Positions 1 to 10,543 of a DNA stretch of 64,000 nt are shown piece after piece. Below the pieces are notes generated by a model, which searched no databases, was not told the DNA's origin, and worked only from the letters and a program-made list of their open reading frames with translations. Source of the stretch: Prasinococcaceae sp. CCMP 1430 (lineage: Eukaryota; Plantae; Prasinodermophyta). How positions within the stretch are numbered: position 1 is the stretch's first letter; the number at the start of each line of letters is the position of its first letter. The stretch lies in contig RQSC01000031.1 in NCBI GenBank assembly GCA_013416795.1, forward strand, positions 1-64,000, given 5' to 3'. A program made the position numbers and the translations under genes.

Positions 1-221
1 GCGCCGCCGAATTCGAACGCGCGCCGCGCGCGCGCGCGGGACGCGCCGCGCCAGCCTGGGCCGCGGGCGGTTCGAGTTTAGGTTTCGAGGCGGGAACGCA
101 GGTATGAGGTTTTGAGAATCCAGGGTCCGTAATGAGGCGCGAAGCTCCGCCGAGCGCGCGCGTTCGAACGAGCGGCGGGCGCCACACCGGGCGCGCGCGG
201 CGGGGGGCGGGGTGGTGGTGG

Positions 222-225
<4 letters not shown>

Positions 226-254
<29 letters not shown>

Positions 255-400
255 GACTGTGTGTGTGTTTACCCTGTGTGTGTGTGTGTGTGACTGTGTG
301 TGTGTGTACCCTGTGTGTGTGTGTGTGTGTGTGTGTACCCTGTGTGTGTGTGACTGTGTGTGTACCCTGTGTGACTGCGTGTGACTGTGTGTGTGTGTGC
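226..400. repeat. Degenerate (TG)n microsatellite with TGAC/TACCC interruptions
   Basis: Directly visible GT dinucleotide tract. Confidence 0.9.
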
Positions 401-442
401 GGGCGCGTGCAGAGGTGCGGAGGGGCACCGGCGGAGGGGAGG

Positions 443-1522
443 ATGGACGGCGGCGGCGGCGAGGCGGCCGCGCGGCGCGCGGCGCAGCTCGCGAAGATGC
501 GCGCGGCGCTCGCGCGCAGCGGAGGCGCGCGGACGCGGCGCGCGCCGGGCGCGCGCGGAAAGCGGCCGCCGACGCGGAGCGGCTGCGCCTGCGCCACCTG
601 GAGCAGCAGCGGCAGCGCGCAGCGCAAGAGGCCCTCCGAAAGGAGCGACGCCGCGCGGAGCAGCGCGCGCGCGAATGCCGCGCGCTGCCCGTCGATGTGA
701 TGCCGCTCGTCATGCGGCACATGCCGTGGCACGACCTGCTCGCCGCCGCCGCAACGTGCAAGTCGTGGAGGGACGGGGCGAGGTGCGGCCCTCCCGCGCC
801 CGCGCGCGCCACATGTGCCCGGCCACGCCCCCAACGATGCGCGCGTGCCCCTGCGCTCTCTCTCTCTCTCTCTCTCTGCCCTGCACGCTGACGCGCACGC
901 GGCATGCACATGCAGGATCACGGCGCGCGACGGGTCCGTCGGCGTGCGCTGCGGGCTGACGGGAGAGCTGGCGCGCACCTTCGCCGAGGGAGGCTCGCTC
1001 GAGGCCCTCGCCGCAGCGCTCCGCGACACGCACGGGCGCGAAGTGGCGCGAGCGCAGGCTGAGACGCGAGCGCTTGTGACAAAAGCGAAGACGCTCTCGC
1101 GCCGCGGACAGGTGCGTTCGGCCGGACGACGACAGAGCGCGCGTCCCCAAACCATCGGCGGCGGCAATCCAGCTCTCGCCTGCTCGCTCCCACCGCTCCG
1201 GCGGCTGACCCATGGCGGCCGCCTCGCGATGCGCGCGCGCGCAATCCCTCTCTCGCGTGCGAACACGCGCCCGCAGCACGTTCAAGCCCTCCACCACCTC
1301 AGCCGCTCCGTGGCACGCATCGGCAGCGTAGTGCCCAACTCGCGTATGCACTACGACGCGAAGCGTCGTCTGAAGAGTGTCAGAAAGCACGCCGACCTGC
1401 AGGCGAGGCTCCACCGCGCCAAGAACAGGCTCTTCAACGGCGGCCACGACGGGCTCGACGGGCTCGGGGAAAATACAGCGATGGCCGACGGCGGGATGGG
1501 GTCCGGCGAGGTCTACGAGTAG
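443..1522 (+). CDS. F-box-like protein, 3 exons (443-782, 916-1111, 1277-1522), with an apparent frameshift at about 510 in a (GC)n tract
   Basis: LPVDVMPLVMRHMPWHDLLAAAATCKSWR fits the F-box consensus. GT-AG introns join the frames of ORFs 391 and 815. The ATG at 443 is out of frame with the F-box unless the GC repeat is corrected. Confidence 0.6.
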
Positions 1523-1925
1523 AGCGCGCCCGAGTCGCCGACGTGGCCTTGTACGATCTTGCCAGAGGGAGAGCGCCGCCAAGCAGCGACAGCGCGCGCA
1601 TAGCGCGCGCGTGCGCATGCCTTGGACTGTACATGGAAAGCGCTGTTTAATGCGTGCCGGTCCGCGAGAGCGCGGCGCAAGGCTGCTCGCGAGTTTCAGT
1701 CGTCGATAGGTGCTTGGTACAGAAGGGCTGAGGGGCCCGCCGTGCCGTCCGTCCCGGTGGCGGCAGAGGTCGCGACGGCCACGGGCGGGCAGCCCGCGCC
1801 CACAGCTTGGGCGGGTGTGGGCGGGGTGATGCGTGTGTGGGGAGGGGGCGTGCATGAGGGGGCAGAGGTGGTTTCGTTGGCCTTCCGTCCACCAAGTGGA
1901 AGCGACCGCGTCCGGGAAAATACCG

Positions 1926-2928
1926 TCAATGATACCAGTCCGACTCTGAGGATGCGGACGACGGCGACATCGGGCTGGCCGCGTCGCCATTGTTGTCGAC
2001 GAGATTGATCACGCCCTCGGCCATCTCCTTGTCGACGGCGCTCGTCACGAACATCTCCTTGTGCAGCTCGTGCGGCGCCGACGCCAGCACGGCGTCCGAG
2101 ACGCGGCCCTCGAACTTGGTGAAGTTGCTCACGAAGAGGCTCGCGAGGCGGTCCGCCGCCGCGTCGTAGGCGGCACCGTCCTCCCACGTGCCTCGCGGCG
2201 CGAGGAGCTCGGAGGGCACGCCAGGCACCTCCGTGGGAACCTCGAAGCCGAACCTCTGGTCGGTGACGAACGTCACGCCATCCAGCTTGCCCTCGAGCGC
2301 GGCATTGAGGAGAGCGCGTGTGTGCTGGATTGAAAAGCGCTCGCTCTTGCCGTAGCCCCCGGCCACCCAGCCGGTGTTGAGCATCCACACCTCGGCGCCG
2401 CTGGAGCGCAGCTTGGACGCCAGCAGGTCGGCGTATTCCGCCGGGTGGCGAGGCATGAAGGGCGCTCCGAAGCACGCCGAGAAAGTCGCCTGCGGCTCCT
2501 TGATTCCCACCTCGGTCCCCGCCACCTTGGAGGTGTAGCCGGACATGAAGTGGTAGCTCGCCTGCTCGGGCGTCAGGCGCGCGAGCGGCGGCAGCACGCC
2601 GAAGGCGTCGCAAGACAGGAAGACCACGGTCGCCGGCGTCTCCGTTGCGAGCCCTGGCGCACGGTTGGGGATGTACTCGATCGGATACGAGCCGCGCGTA
2701 TTTTCGGTGAGCGAGGTGTCCTCGAAGTCAGGCTCGCCGGTCTCGTCCAGGACGACGTTCTCGAGGATCGAGCCGGGCATGTGCGTGGTGGCGTACACCA
2801 GCGGCTCGGCCTCCTCCCTGAGGTCGATGAGCTTTGCGTAGCAGCCGCCCTCGATGTTGGTGACGCCCTCGTCCGACCACGCGTGCTCATCGTCGCCGAC
2901 GAGCTCGCGGAGGGGGTCGGCGCTGAGC

Positions 2929-2960
<32 letters not shown>

Positions 2961-3845
2961 GACCGCCGCTCCGCCCTCCTCGCCGTCGCGCGGCGCGGAG
3001 CAGCTGGCGTGCAGGGGCATGACTCCCTCGGCGGGCAGCCAGTAGTTCATGGCGGTGAAGACCGCCTTCTTTATCTCGCCGGCGTACTCGGTGCCCGCGA
3101 TGAGGACCACGCCGCCCTCCAGATCGAGCGCCACCAGCGCCTCCGAGTTGATGCCATCGGCCGCGCCGTCCATCTCGAGCGTCGGCGCGTGCAGCACCGT
3201 GAGGCGCGGGACGTGCGCCTGGAGCGCCTCGGCGCTGGACGGGCGCTGCAGCACGTTGCGCGCGAACGACGCGTGCCAGGGGGACTCGCTCACCACGCGC
3301 ACGGGCACGCCCTCGGTGCCCGCGGCGCCGCCGGCGCGCAGGTCCTGCACGTGCAGCTCCGCCGCGTGGTGGCCGAGGTGCGCGCAGACCTTGTCCTTGA
3401 GCGCCTCGAAGGTCTCGCGCTCCATGGGGTTGTTGGCGCCCCACCACACGTCCACGGCGGGGTTGCCATCGCACACGACGAACTTGTCGTCGGGCGAGCG
3501 CCCCGTGCGCGCGCCCGTGCGCGCGAGCAGCACCCCCGACGCGGTCAGCTCGGGCGAGCCGATGACCTGCGGGTGCGCGAGCGCGGCCGCGTACAGCTCG
3601 GGCCACTCGAGGTTCCAGGACACGTCGGAGGCCGCGGCGGCCGCCGTGTCCCCGATCGAGCTCTGGAGCGGGCACGCCTCGGAGCGCGTGCCGCCCACGC
3701 CGAGGAGGGGCAGCTCCGAGCGGCGCTGCTGCTCGACGAAGGCCGCCGTGCGCCACGCCGCCACGCTGCCGCCGTCCGCGCGACGCAGGGCGGGCACGCC
3801 GTACTTACAACCGTTCAACACCCCTTCGTGGCAGCAGCGTGCGCG
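1926..3845 (-). CDS. pckA: Phosphoenolpyruvate carboxykinase (ATP), 5' end obscured by N-gap 3846-3903
   Basis: TGRSPDDKFVV, IAGTEYAGEIKK, P-loop GLSGTGKTT, GDDEHAW, NIEGGCYAK, RGSYP, YHFMSGYTSKVAGTE, FSACFGAPF, NTGW. Confidence 0.97.
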
Positions 3846-4554
3846 NNNNNNNNNNNNNNNNNNNNNNNNNNNNNNNNNNNNNNNNNNNNNNNNNNNNNNN
3901 NNNTCCCCCCCCGCCGCACCCTCGGCGTCGTCGTCGCGCGCCGGCGCACCCGCGCGAGCGAACGCACCGCGCACAGGTTCGGGTTCAAATTAGGGTCTGT
4001 ACCACACATCACGCCGAACGCCGCCCCCGCCCGCGGGGCGCGCGTACCCCAAACGCGATCCCGCGCTCGAACGCCCGCGCTGCCGGCGCGTTCCCCCCCC
4101 CTCGGAAAACACGTTTTTTTTTTTTTTGGTGTGCGTCGCCCCGAAGCGCGGCCACCCATCAAAACGCATCTAAAAATAAAACAATTTCATGCGGGGAAAT
4201 GAAAATGCTTTGACTGGCAGGCTGCCGCGGCGTTCGAGGGGGGGCGCGCGCGCGCGGCCATCGAAACGCACCGCGCGTCCGGGCGCCCGCGCCGTGACAC
4301 GCGCACACACGGTCATCGAGGCCACGGGAGACTACTCCATGCCCGCGCATGCATGTCGGCCATTTCCTATCAAAATCAATGCGAACCGCCGTCGCCGACG
4401 GTTTGGGTGTAGTCTTTGGGGTTAGGTTTTTGGATGTAGGGTTTGAAGAGCGTTACGGAGCTACCGGCGGAGGGCGCGGCGTGCGGCGCCGGCGGCGGCG
4501 CTGACGGCGAGGCACGCGAGGGCGGACTCTGCGCTGTACTGCTGGAGGTATAAC

Positions 4555-5710
4555 ATGTACGGCGAAGGGGTCGTGCCGAGCGGCGTGGGCGCGTGGTCCT
4601 CCGTGAGCCCATCTCTGTTCCACTCGTGCGGCATCGCGCAGGCCGACGGCGCGCTGCACTGCTGGGGATCGAACACCGACGGGCAGACGGACGTGCCGAG
4701 CGGCGTGGGCGCGTGGTCGTCCGTGAGCACCGGAATGTACCACACCTGCGGCATCGCGCAGGCTGACGGCGCGATGCGCTGCTGGGGATCCCCCTCTGAC
4801 TACGACGACTACGGCCAGGCGGACGTGCCGAGTGACGTGAGCGCGTGGTCGTCCGTGAGCGCCGGAATGTACCACACGTGCGGCATCGCGCTGGACGACG
4901 GCGCGCTGCACTGCTGGGGATCTAACGGCGAGGGCCAGACGGACGTGCCGGTCGTTGTGAGTGCGTGGTCCTCGGTAAGCACCAGGGAATGGCACACGTG
5001 CGGCATCGCGCAGGCCGACGGCGCGCTGCTCTGCTGGGGACTCAATGGCAACGGCCAGACGGACGTGCCGAGCAACGTGAGCGCGTGGTCCTCCGTGAGC
5101 GTCGGGTCGTACTTCACGTGCGGCGTCTCCCGGGACGACGGCGCGATTTACTGCTGGGGCGACGGAGAATACGGCCAGACGGACGTGCCGAGCTGGCTGC
5201 CGCCGAGCCCGCCGACGAGTCCTCCGCCGGCGGCCAGCCCGCCGTCGAGCCCGCCGCCGTCGAGCCCGCCTCCGTCGAGCCCGCCGCCGTCGAGCCCGCC
5301 TCCGTCGAGCCCGCCTCCGTCGAGCCCGCCTCTTCAAAACCCGCCGCCCAACAACCCGAACTCTCCGCCGCCCCTCGTTGTGGATGCCACACCGCACTCC
5401 GTGAGCGCCGGGCGCTCGCACACTTGCGGCCTCGCGCACGCCGACGGCGAGCTGCGCTGCTGGGGCCACGACGGCTACGTTCACGTGCCGCACGATGCGG
5501 GGCGCGACAACACCTGGTCCTCCGTGAGCGCCGGACTCTCCCACACGTGCGGCGTCGCGCGGGCCGACGGCGCGCTCCAGTGCTGGGGGTCCAACTACGC
5601 GGGCCAGGCGGACGTGCCGAGCGCCGTCCGCGCGTGGTCCTCCGTGAGCGCCGGAGGGGCCCACACGTGCGGCGTCGCGCGGGCCGACGGCGCGCTCCAC
5701 TGCTGGGGGT
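4555..5710 (+). CDS. RCC1/BLIP-II-like beta-propeller repeat protein with a Ser/Pro-rich linker (partial, runs into N-gap)
   Basis: About 8 roughly 40-aa repeats WSSVS.G..HTCG.A.ADGAL.CWG.N..GQ.DVP, split by an (SPPPS)n linker. Confidence 0.8.
5198..5331 (+). repeat. 15-nt coding tandem repeat encoding (SPPPS)n
   Basis: Repeated CCGTCGAGCCCGCC(G/T); protein SSPPPSSPPPSSPPP. Confidence 0.9.
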
Positions 5711-5727
5711 NNNNNNNNNNNNNNNNN

Positions 5728-6151
5728 CCCACGCCAATGAAATGGACGGGGAGGCCGAATTTGCGCGCGATGGCGACGAGGATGCCGCCGCGGGCGGTGC
5801 CGTCGAGCTTGGTCATGACGAGGCCCGTGACGCCGGCGCGCTTGCCGAAGATGTCGACCTGGTTGAGTGCATTCTGTCCCGTGGTCGCATCCAGCGTCAG
5901 AAGTGTGGCGTGCGGCGCGGTCGGGTCCACTTTCTTGATCACGCGGATGATCTTTTCGAGCTCACCCATCAATTCGTCGCGGTTCTGCAGCCGCCCGGCC
6001 GTATCGATGATCAGGATATCGCTATTGGCGTCGGCCGCTTCAACCATCGCGTCGTAAGCCAGTCCGGACGCGTCAGAACCGGCGGCGCGGGCGACGACAG
6101 GCGCCCCCGTACGCTGTCCCCAGACCTGAAGCTGCTCGATGGCGGCGGCGC
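5728..6151 (-). other. ftsY: Bacterial-type FtsY (SRP receptor GTPase) internal fragment, alphaproteobacterial-like; probable contaminant or chimera
   Basis: AAAIEQLQVW...DTAGRLQN...LDATTGQNAL...TKLDGTARGG...LPVHFIGV. No introns or (GC)n tracts. Flanked by an N-gap and an abrupt switch to host-type sequence at about 6151. Confidence 0.85.
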
Positions 6152-6544
6152 AAGGAAAAAGCCCGCACAGCGAGGCCCGGCGCCGCGCGCGGGCGGCGGC
6201 AAGCACAGCGTGCGGGTCGCGGCGACCAGCAGCAGCAGCCCGGTAAGCCGCGCGAGGCGCGCTTGCGCGCACCGGGCTCCCCCCCTCCCCCCTCCCCCGC
6301 GCGGGCGCGCGCGACGCCCGCGGTGTGGCCCGCGCTCGCAGCAGCAGCAGCGCCCGCACGTCGCTCGCTCGCGGCCGCGCTCAACACCCGCACAGACCCT
6401 ACCCTAAACATGCCCTCAAATCCGGCCTTCGAAGCGCACCCGGTGCGAAACGCGTGGCGAAATCCGGGGCGTCGAGGGGGCGCACGCGAGCGCGGGCACA
6501 CTGCCACTCCGCGCTCCGCCAGCGCCGCGCCGCCGCCGGCCGCC

Positions 6545-6634
6545 ATGGCGCTCATGACCGTCTACAACACCTTCATGAAGCGCAACTCCATCTACCTGGG
6601 CTTCGTCATCGGCGGCGCGCTCGTCGGCCAGATC
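6545..6634 (+). CDS. QCR9: Cytochrome bc1 complex subunit 9, first exon only (rest lost at gap 6740-6756)
   Basis: MALMTVYNTFMKRNSIYLGFVIGGALVGQI matches the QCR9/UQCR10 N-terminal pattern (M.RNS.Y...I..GA); followed by a GTGAGT donor. Confidence 0.75.
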
Positions 6635-6802
6635 GTGAGTCCTGCGCGGCGCCGCGCGGCGCCGCGTGCGCTGCGGCGCGCAGGCCAGCACGGGGCGAAC
6701 CCTACATCCACGACTGGGACGCGCGGGGCTCGGGCTCTGNNNNNNNNNNNNNNNNNGCGGCGCGGGCGGCGCGGGCTGCGCGGGCGCGCGCAGCGCGCGC
6801 AC

Positions 6803-7105
6803 CTTGAAGTACCTGAAGAACGGCGCGCGCACGAGCTCGGAGAGCGTCGGGTGCAGCACGCGCTCGTTGAGGTCGTCAACAGTCGCGTAGTCGCAGCAGC
6901 AGTCGCCCACCTCGCCCTCCAGGCCGATGTTGGACACGGGGCAGCCGCACGACTCCTCGCCTTCGGGACCCTTCGCGGCGGCCGCCGCGACGGGCGCCGC
7001 CGCCGCCGAAGCCGACGCGGCCGCGAGCGCGGCCGCGAGCGCGAGCGCGAGCCCGGGATGGCAAGATCGCCGGCGCGGGCGCGGGCGCGCGCACGCCGCC
7101 GCCAT
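6803..7105 (-). CDS. ERO1: ER oxidoreductin 1, first exon (signal peptide plus N-terminus)
   Basis: Hydrophobic leader, then GEVGDCCCDYATVDDLNERVLHPTLSELVRAPFFRYFK, the conserved ERO1 N-terminal block; GTGCGC donor. Confidence 0.88.
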
Positions 7106-7330
7106 CGGCTCCGCCGGCCCGATCGCGCTTCCAGTCACAGACAGTCACGCACGCGAGAGAGCTAGAGAGAGAGCGCGTCGCCCTCCTCGTCCCAACGACA
7201 GCCAACACCCCCAGCAACCCCCCCCGCAGCCCACCCACCAATCAACCCACCCACCCATACAACTTGTCGCGGTTTCGCCCTCGCGCTCCGCAGCCCGGCC
7301 GCCACCGTCGGTGGAAAATTCGTGGTGTAC

Positions 7331-8968
7331 ATGCACGCGGCCGGGCAGACGAAGCGGGTGTTCGTGCGCGATGGCGACAAGGACGTGCTCGCCGAGACCT
7401 ATATCGCCATGTTCTACATCAACGAGGGCCGTCCCGTGCCCGAGGGCGTTGAACCTGCCACGCTTGAGCTCTTCATGAAGGATCCCAAGCATGGCGTGTA
7501 TTACGAAAACTTCATGTCCAACCACGTGTTGGAGGGTTCCGAGATCGCGGTCAAGGATCCCTCGAGGAAGGACATTCCTGTTGCGTCCTTCCAGGGCGAG
7601 GCACTCGCGGTGCTCTTCGGCATGAACGCCGAAGAGGTGCTTTCGAGCACCTCCAAGCAGGCCGCTCTGGCCAGGATGGCGCTTGCTGCCGCGGGAGAGG
7701 ACGACCCCGAGGCGGAAGGCGTAGGCGGCGGCGGGGCGCAGGGACAGGAGCAGGGCGCGGACGGCGCACCAGACGCTCGGAGGGGGGAGGGCGACGTGGC
7801 AGGGCAGGGGGCGGCGGACGGGAACAGCGCGCTCGGGAGCGAGGCGCTGAGGTCCGAGGTGCGCAGAGTGGCGGGCGACCTGAAGGGACCCACATTGCGC
7901 GAACGCATTTGGATCACGCTCGACGATCCGCAGAGCTCGAAGCTGGCAGCTGGAGTCACCCTTTTTACGCTGGCGCTTATCATGCTCTCCACGATCACGT
8001 TTTGCCTCGAAACGCTGCCGTTCTTTTACGAGGAGGAGACAAATTTCGACTCCAAGTGGTTCGTCATGGAGGCGGTTTGCATCGCGTTCTTCACCGTGGA
8101 GATCACCATGCGCCTCCTCACGTGCCCAGCCCTTGGACCGTACTTCAAAGACACGATGAACATCATCGACATCGTGGCTGTGTTGCCCTTTTACATCGAG
8201 GTGACGGCCAGCTCTGCGTCGATCCCCGGGCTGAGCGTCCTGCGCGTGATCCGCCTCGTGCGCGTGTTCCGCCTGCTCAAGATGTCCAAGGGGTCCATCA
8301 CCGTGTTTGCGTTGACGATGAAGCGCTCGGCGCGGCCGCTCTACATGCTTATCTTCTTCACGCTCATTGCCATGGTGGTGTTCGGCTCGCTCATCTACTT
8401 CATGGAACGCGGCGCGTTCGACTCGGACGTGCAGCAGTGGATGCGGACCGTCGGATACGAGTGTCCCCTCATCGTCGAGCGTGACGAACTCACCGCCGCG
8501 GACAACTCGTGGACAATAGATGACCGTGTGGCTGCTCTAGGGGAGGTGCCTCCGCTCAGTCTCAAAGAGAGCTCGTGCGTGTTCGTTCAGACGGTCAGGG
8601 ACGCGGAAGGCGTCGTCCCAACCGAGGGCCCGTTCGAGGCGGAGTACTCCTGCCAGTTCACCTGGAAGCGCAATAGCGGGTGCGTGTCCATCAAGGAGGT
8701 CACGCCGTTCGAATCGATCCCCACAAGCTTCTGGTGGGCGCTAGTGACAATGACAACTGTGGGGTATGGTGACATGTGGCCCGTCTACTGGTATGGCAAG
8801 GCGCTTGGCATGATCATCATGCTCAGCGGCATCCTGGTCATCGCGCTGCCCATTACCGTCATCGGTGCGAACTTCGCCGAGGTGTACAAGGAGGCGATGA
8901 TCTACCAGGACAACAAGGTGGCCCAAAGCAGCGGGCGAAGCAGCGGGCGGCGAGGCGCCGCGGCGTAG
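7331..8968 (+). CDS. Voltage-gated K+ channel (6TM, Shaker/Kv-like, no T1 domain), single exon
   Basis: S1 after LDDPQSS, MNIIDIVAVLPFYI, S4 RVIRLVRVFRLLK, pore SIPTSFWWALVTMTTVGYGD, S6 ALPITVIGANF. Confidence 0.93.
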   Translation: MHAAGQTKRVFVRDGDKDVLAETYIAMFYINEGRPVPEGVEPATLELFMKDPKHGVYYENFMSNHVLEGSEIAVKDPSRKDIPVASFQGEALAVLFGMNAEEVLSSTSKQAALARMALAAAGEDDPEAEGVGGGGAQGQEQGADGAPDARRGEGDVAGQGAADGNSALGSEALRSEVRRVAGDLKGPTLRERIWITLDDPQSSKLAAGVTLFTLALIMLSTITFCLETLPFFYEEETNFDSKWFVMEAVCIAFFTVEITMRLLTCPALGPYFKDTMNIIDIVAVLPFYIEVTASSASIPGLSVLRVIRLVRVFRLLKMSKGSITVFALTMKRSARPLYMLIFFTLIAMVVFGSLIYFMERGAFDSDVQQWMRTVGYECPLIVERDELTAADNSWTIDDRVAALGEVPPLSLKESSCVFVQTVRDAEGVVPTEGPFEAEYSCQFTWKRNSGCVSIKEVTPFESIPTSFWWALVTMTTVGYGDMWPVYWYGKALGMIIMLSGILVIALPITVIGANFAEVYKEAMIYQDNKVAQSSGRSSGRRGAAA

Positions 8969-10473
8969 CGGGCGCCACGCCATGCCTGCGCGCAGGACGA
9001 CTTGAGGACGCTGCACACATGTTACATTTTGCCGCGGCTTCTCGAGGACCATCCCACGCGCCTCGCGCCACGTCTCGCAAGCGCCGTGGCCTTGGCGCGC
9101 TCCAGCGCCTGAATCTGCGCTCGCAGCGCCATTGCGTGCGCCTCAAGCGCGGCCTGTGGCGACGTGCGCGTACATGCGCGCGCGCACACGTGTCAGCTCC
9201 TGGGGGCGTGCACCTGCGCATGCGCGTGCGCGAGCTGGAGGGGTTCGCGCACCGACCTTGCCCTCGATGCGCACGCGTTCTTGTTCGCGCGCGCAGGTGC
9301 AAACGCACGCACGCCCCAAACATGCGGGCGGCTCACCAGCCGCTGCGCGGCGCGCGCGCTCATTGGCTCGTTCGGCTGCGTGGCGTGGCGACAGCAATTG
9401 TGGCGGGTGCTGCCGCGCGCATTCACTGGCTCGTCCTGACATGTCCAGCCACGTGGGGAGCGGCGGTTGAAGCTCTTCGCTGCTGGCGGAGCTCATGGTC
9501 GCGCGCGATGGCCACGCGGGCAGCGCCTCGGCAGCTGCGCGCGTGAGGGAACGCGTCTGACGCGCCGCGTCCGCGCCAGACAGCGTCTCGAGATCAACGC
9601 CCGCAGACTGGGGCTCGCGCACCGTGTTTGTCGTCGCTGGGCGGCCCCTGTGCAGAGTGCGCGAACGCAGGCGGCCCGGAGGAGGGCGTCCAGAGCGTGC
9701 ACGCGGGCGTCAGCCGAGCGTGCACCGGTTGGTAAGACGCAGAGCCCGCCCTCCCTTCCTCACGCCCACGTACACGCACCTCATCCGTAACGGACGCTCT
9801 GTTTGCACCCCCCTCCACGCCCCCTCCGCCGAGCCCACGTCGGGGCGCGCGCGCGAGGCCGCGTGCGCCTGCGCGGCGCGGCGGTCGCGCGCGAGCAGGA
9901 CCTCTTCCACCGACGCGGTCCCGAGCAGCCGGATCCGCGCCGACGCGACCGCGGGCGGCGTGCCGTCCTGCACCCGCCGCGGGCTCTCCAAGTGCATCAT
10001 GGCGGCCACGCCAGCTCGCTCGCCCTCTCGCTCGCTCGCTCGCCGGCGCGGACGGACTCCGCCAGCGCAAAGAGGTGCGCGCGGCCGCGCCTCGGCCCGG
10101 TGGGGGGGGGGGCGCACACCGGAACGGGCGCGGTCGCCCCCGTTTTTTTTTCCCCTTTTTTCGCAGGGACCACTCCGAGCCTAAAAAAAATAGCTCGGGT
10201 GCGCCGGCCTGTTTACACCTGGTTCGAATCACAGATCCGCGATCACAAACCCCCTTGCCGGGGTTTCCGCCTCGAGGCGAGGGGTCAGCTCGGCACACCG
10301 GAAATACAAATACACGTTCAGTTCTACATTTGTATACCCCATCCGATGGCAACCAACGCCTGCTGTCACTCCCGTCGCTAGAGTTACGGTACACATCATG
10401 AAACCGAAACATCTCTGTATCATTATGAATGCGTGATAAAAATGGTTGGGATGTAGGGTTTATACATACTATT

Positions 10474-10543
10474 GTACGTACATGTACAGTACATCCTACG
10501 TATGTACGTGCGGTACAAAGTACGTGCCGTCTGCTGTAGGTAC
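10474..10543. promoter_or_regulatory. Cluster of 8 GTAC motifs (candidate SBP-box/CuRE elements)
   Basis: GTAC at 10474, 10478, 10484, 10489, 10504, 10513, 10520 and 10540 in an AT-richer intergenic patch upstream of SDH2. Confidence 0.4.

Noticed and set aside
1-130. Telomere or subtelomere
   Set aside because: Only isolated TTAGG-like motifs, no tandem telomeric array.
4590-5700. Regularly spaced DNA repeats as a CRISPR array or satellite
   Set aside because: Fully explained by in-frame coding repeats.
4555-6057. Single 500-aa ORF, or an RCC1-FtsY fusion
   Set aside because: The frame reads through an N-gap and FtsY is on the opposite strand; the pieces are unrelated.
9143-10117. Possible minus-strand hypothetical gene (MHLESPRRVQ...)
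   Set aside because: There is a candidate donor site but no recognisable domain or consistent exon chain; too weak to call.
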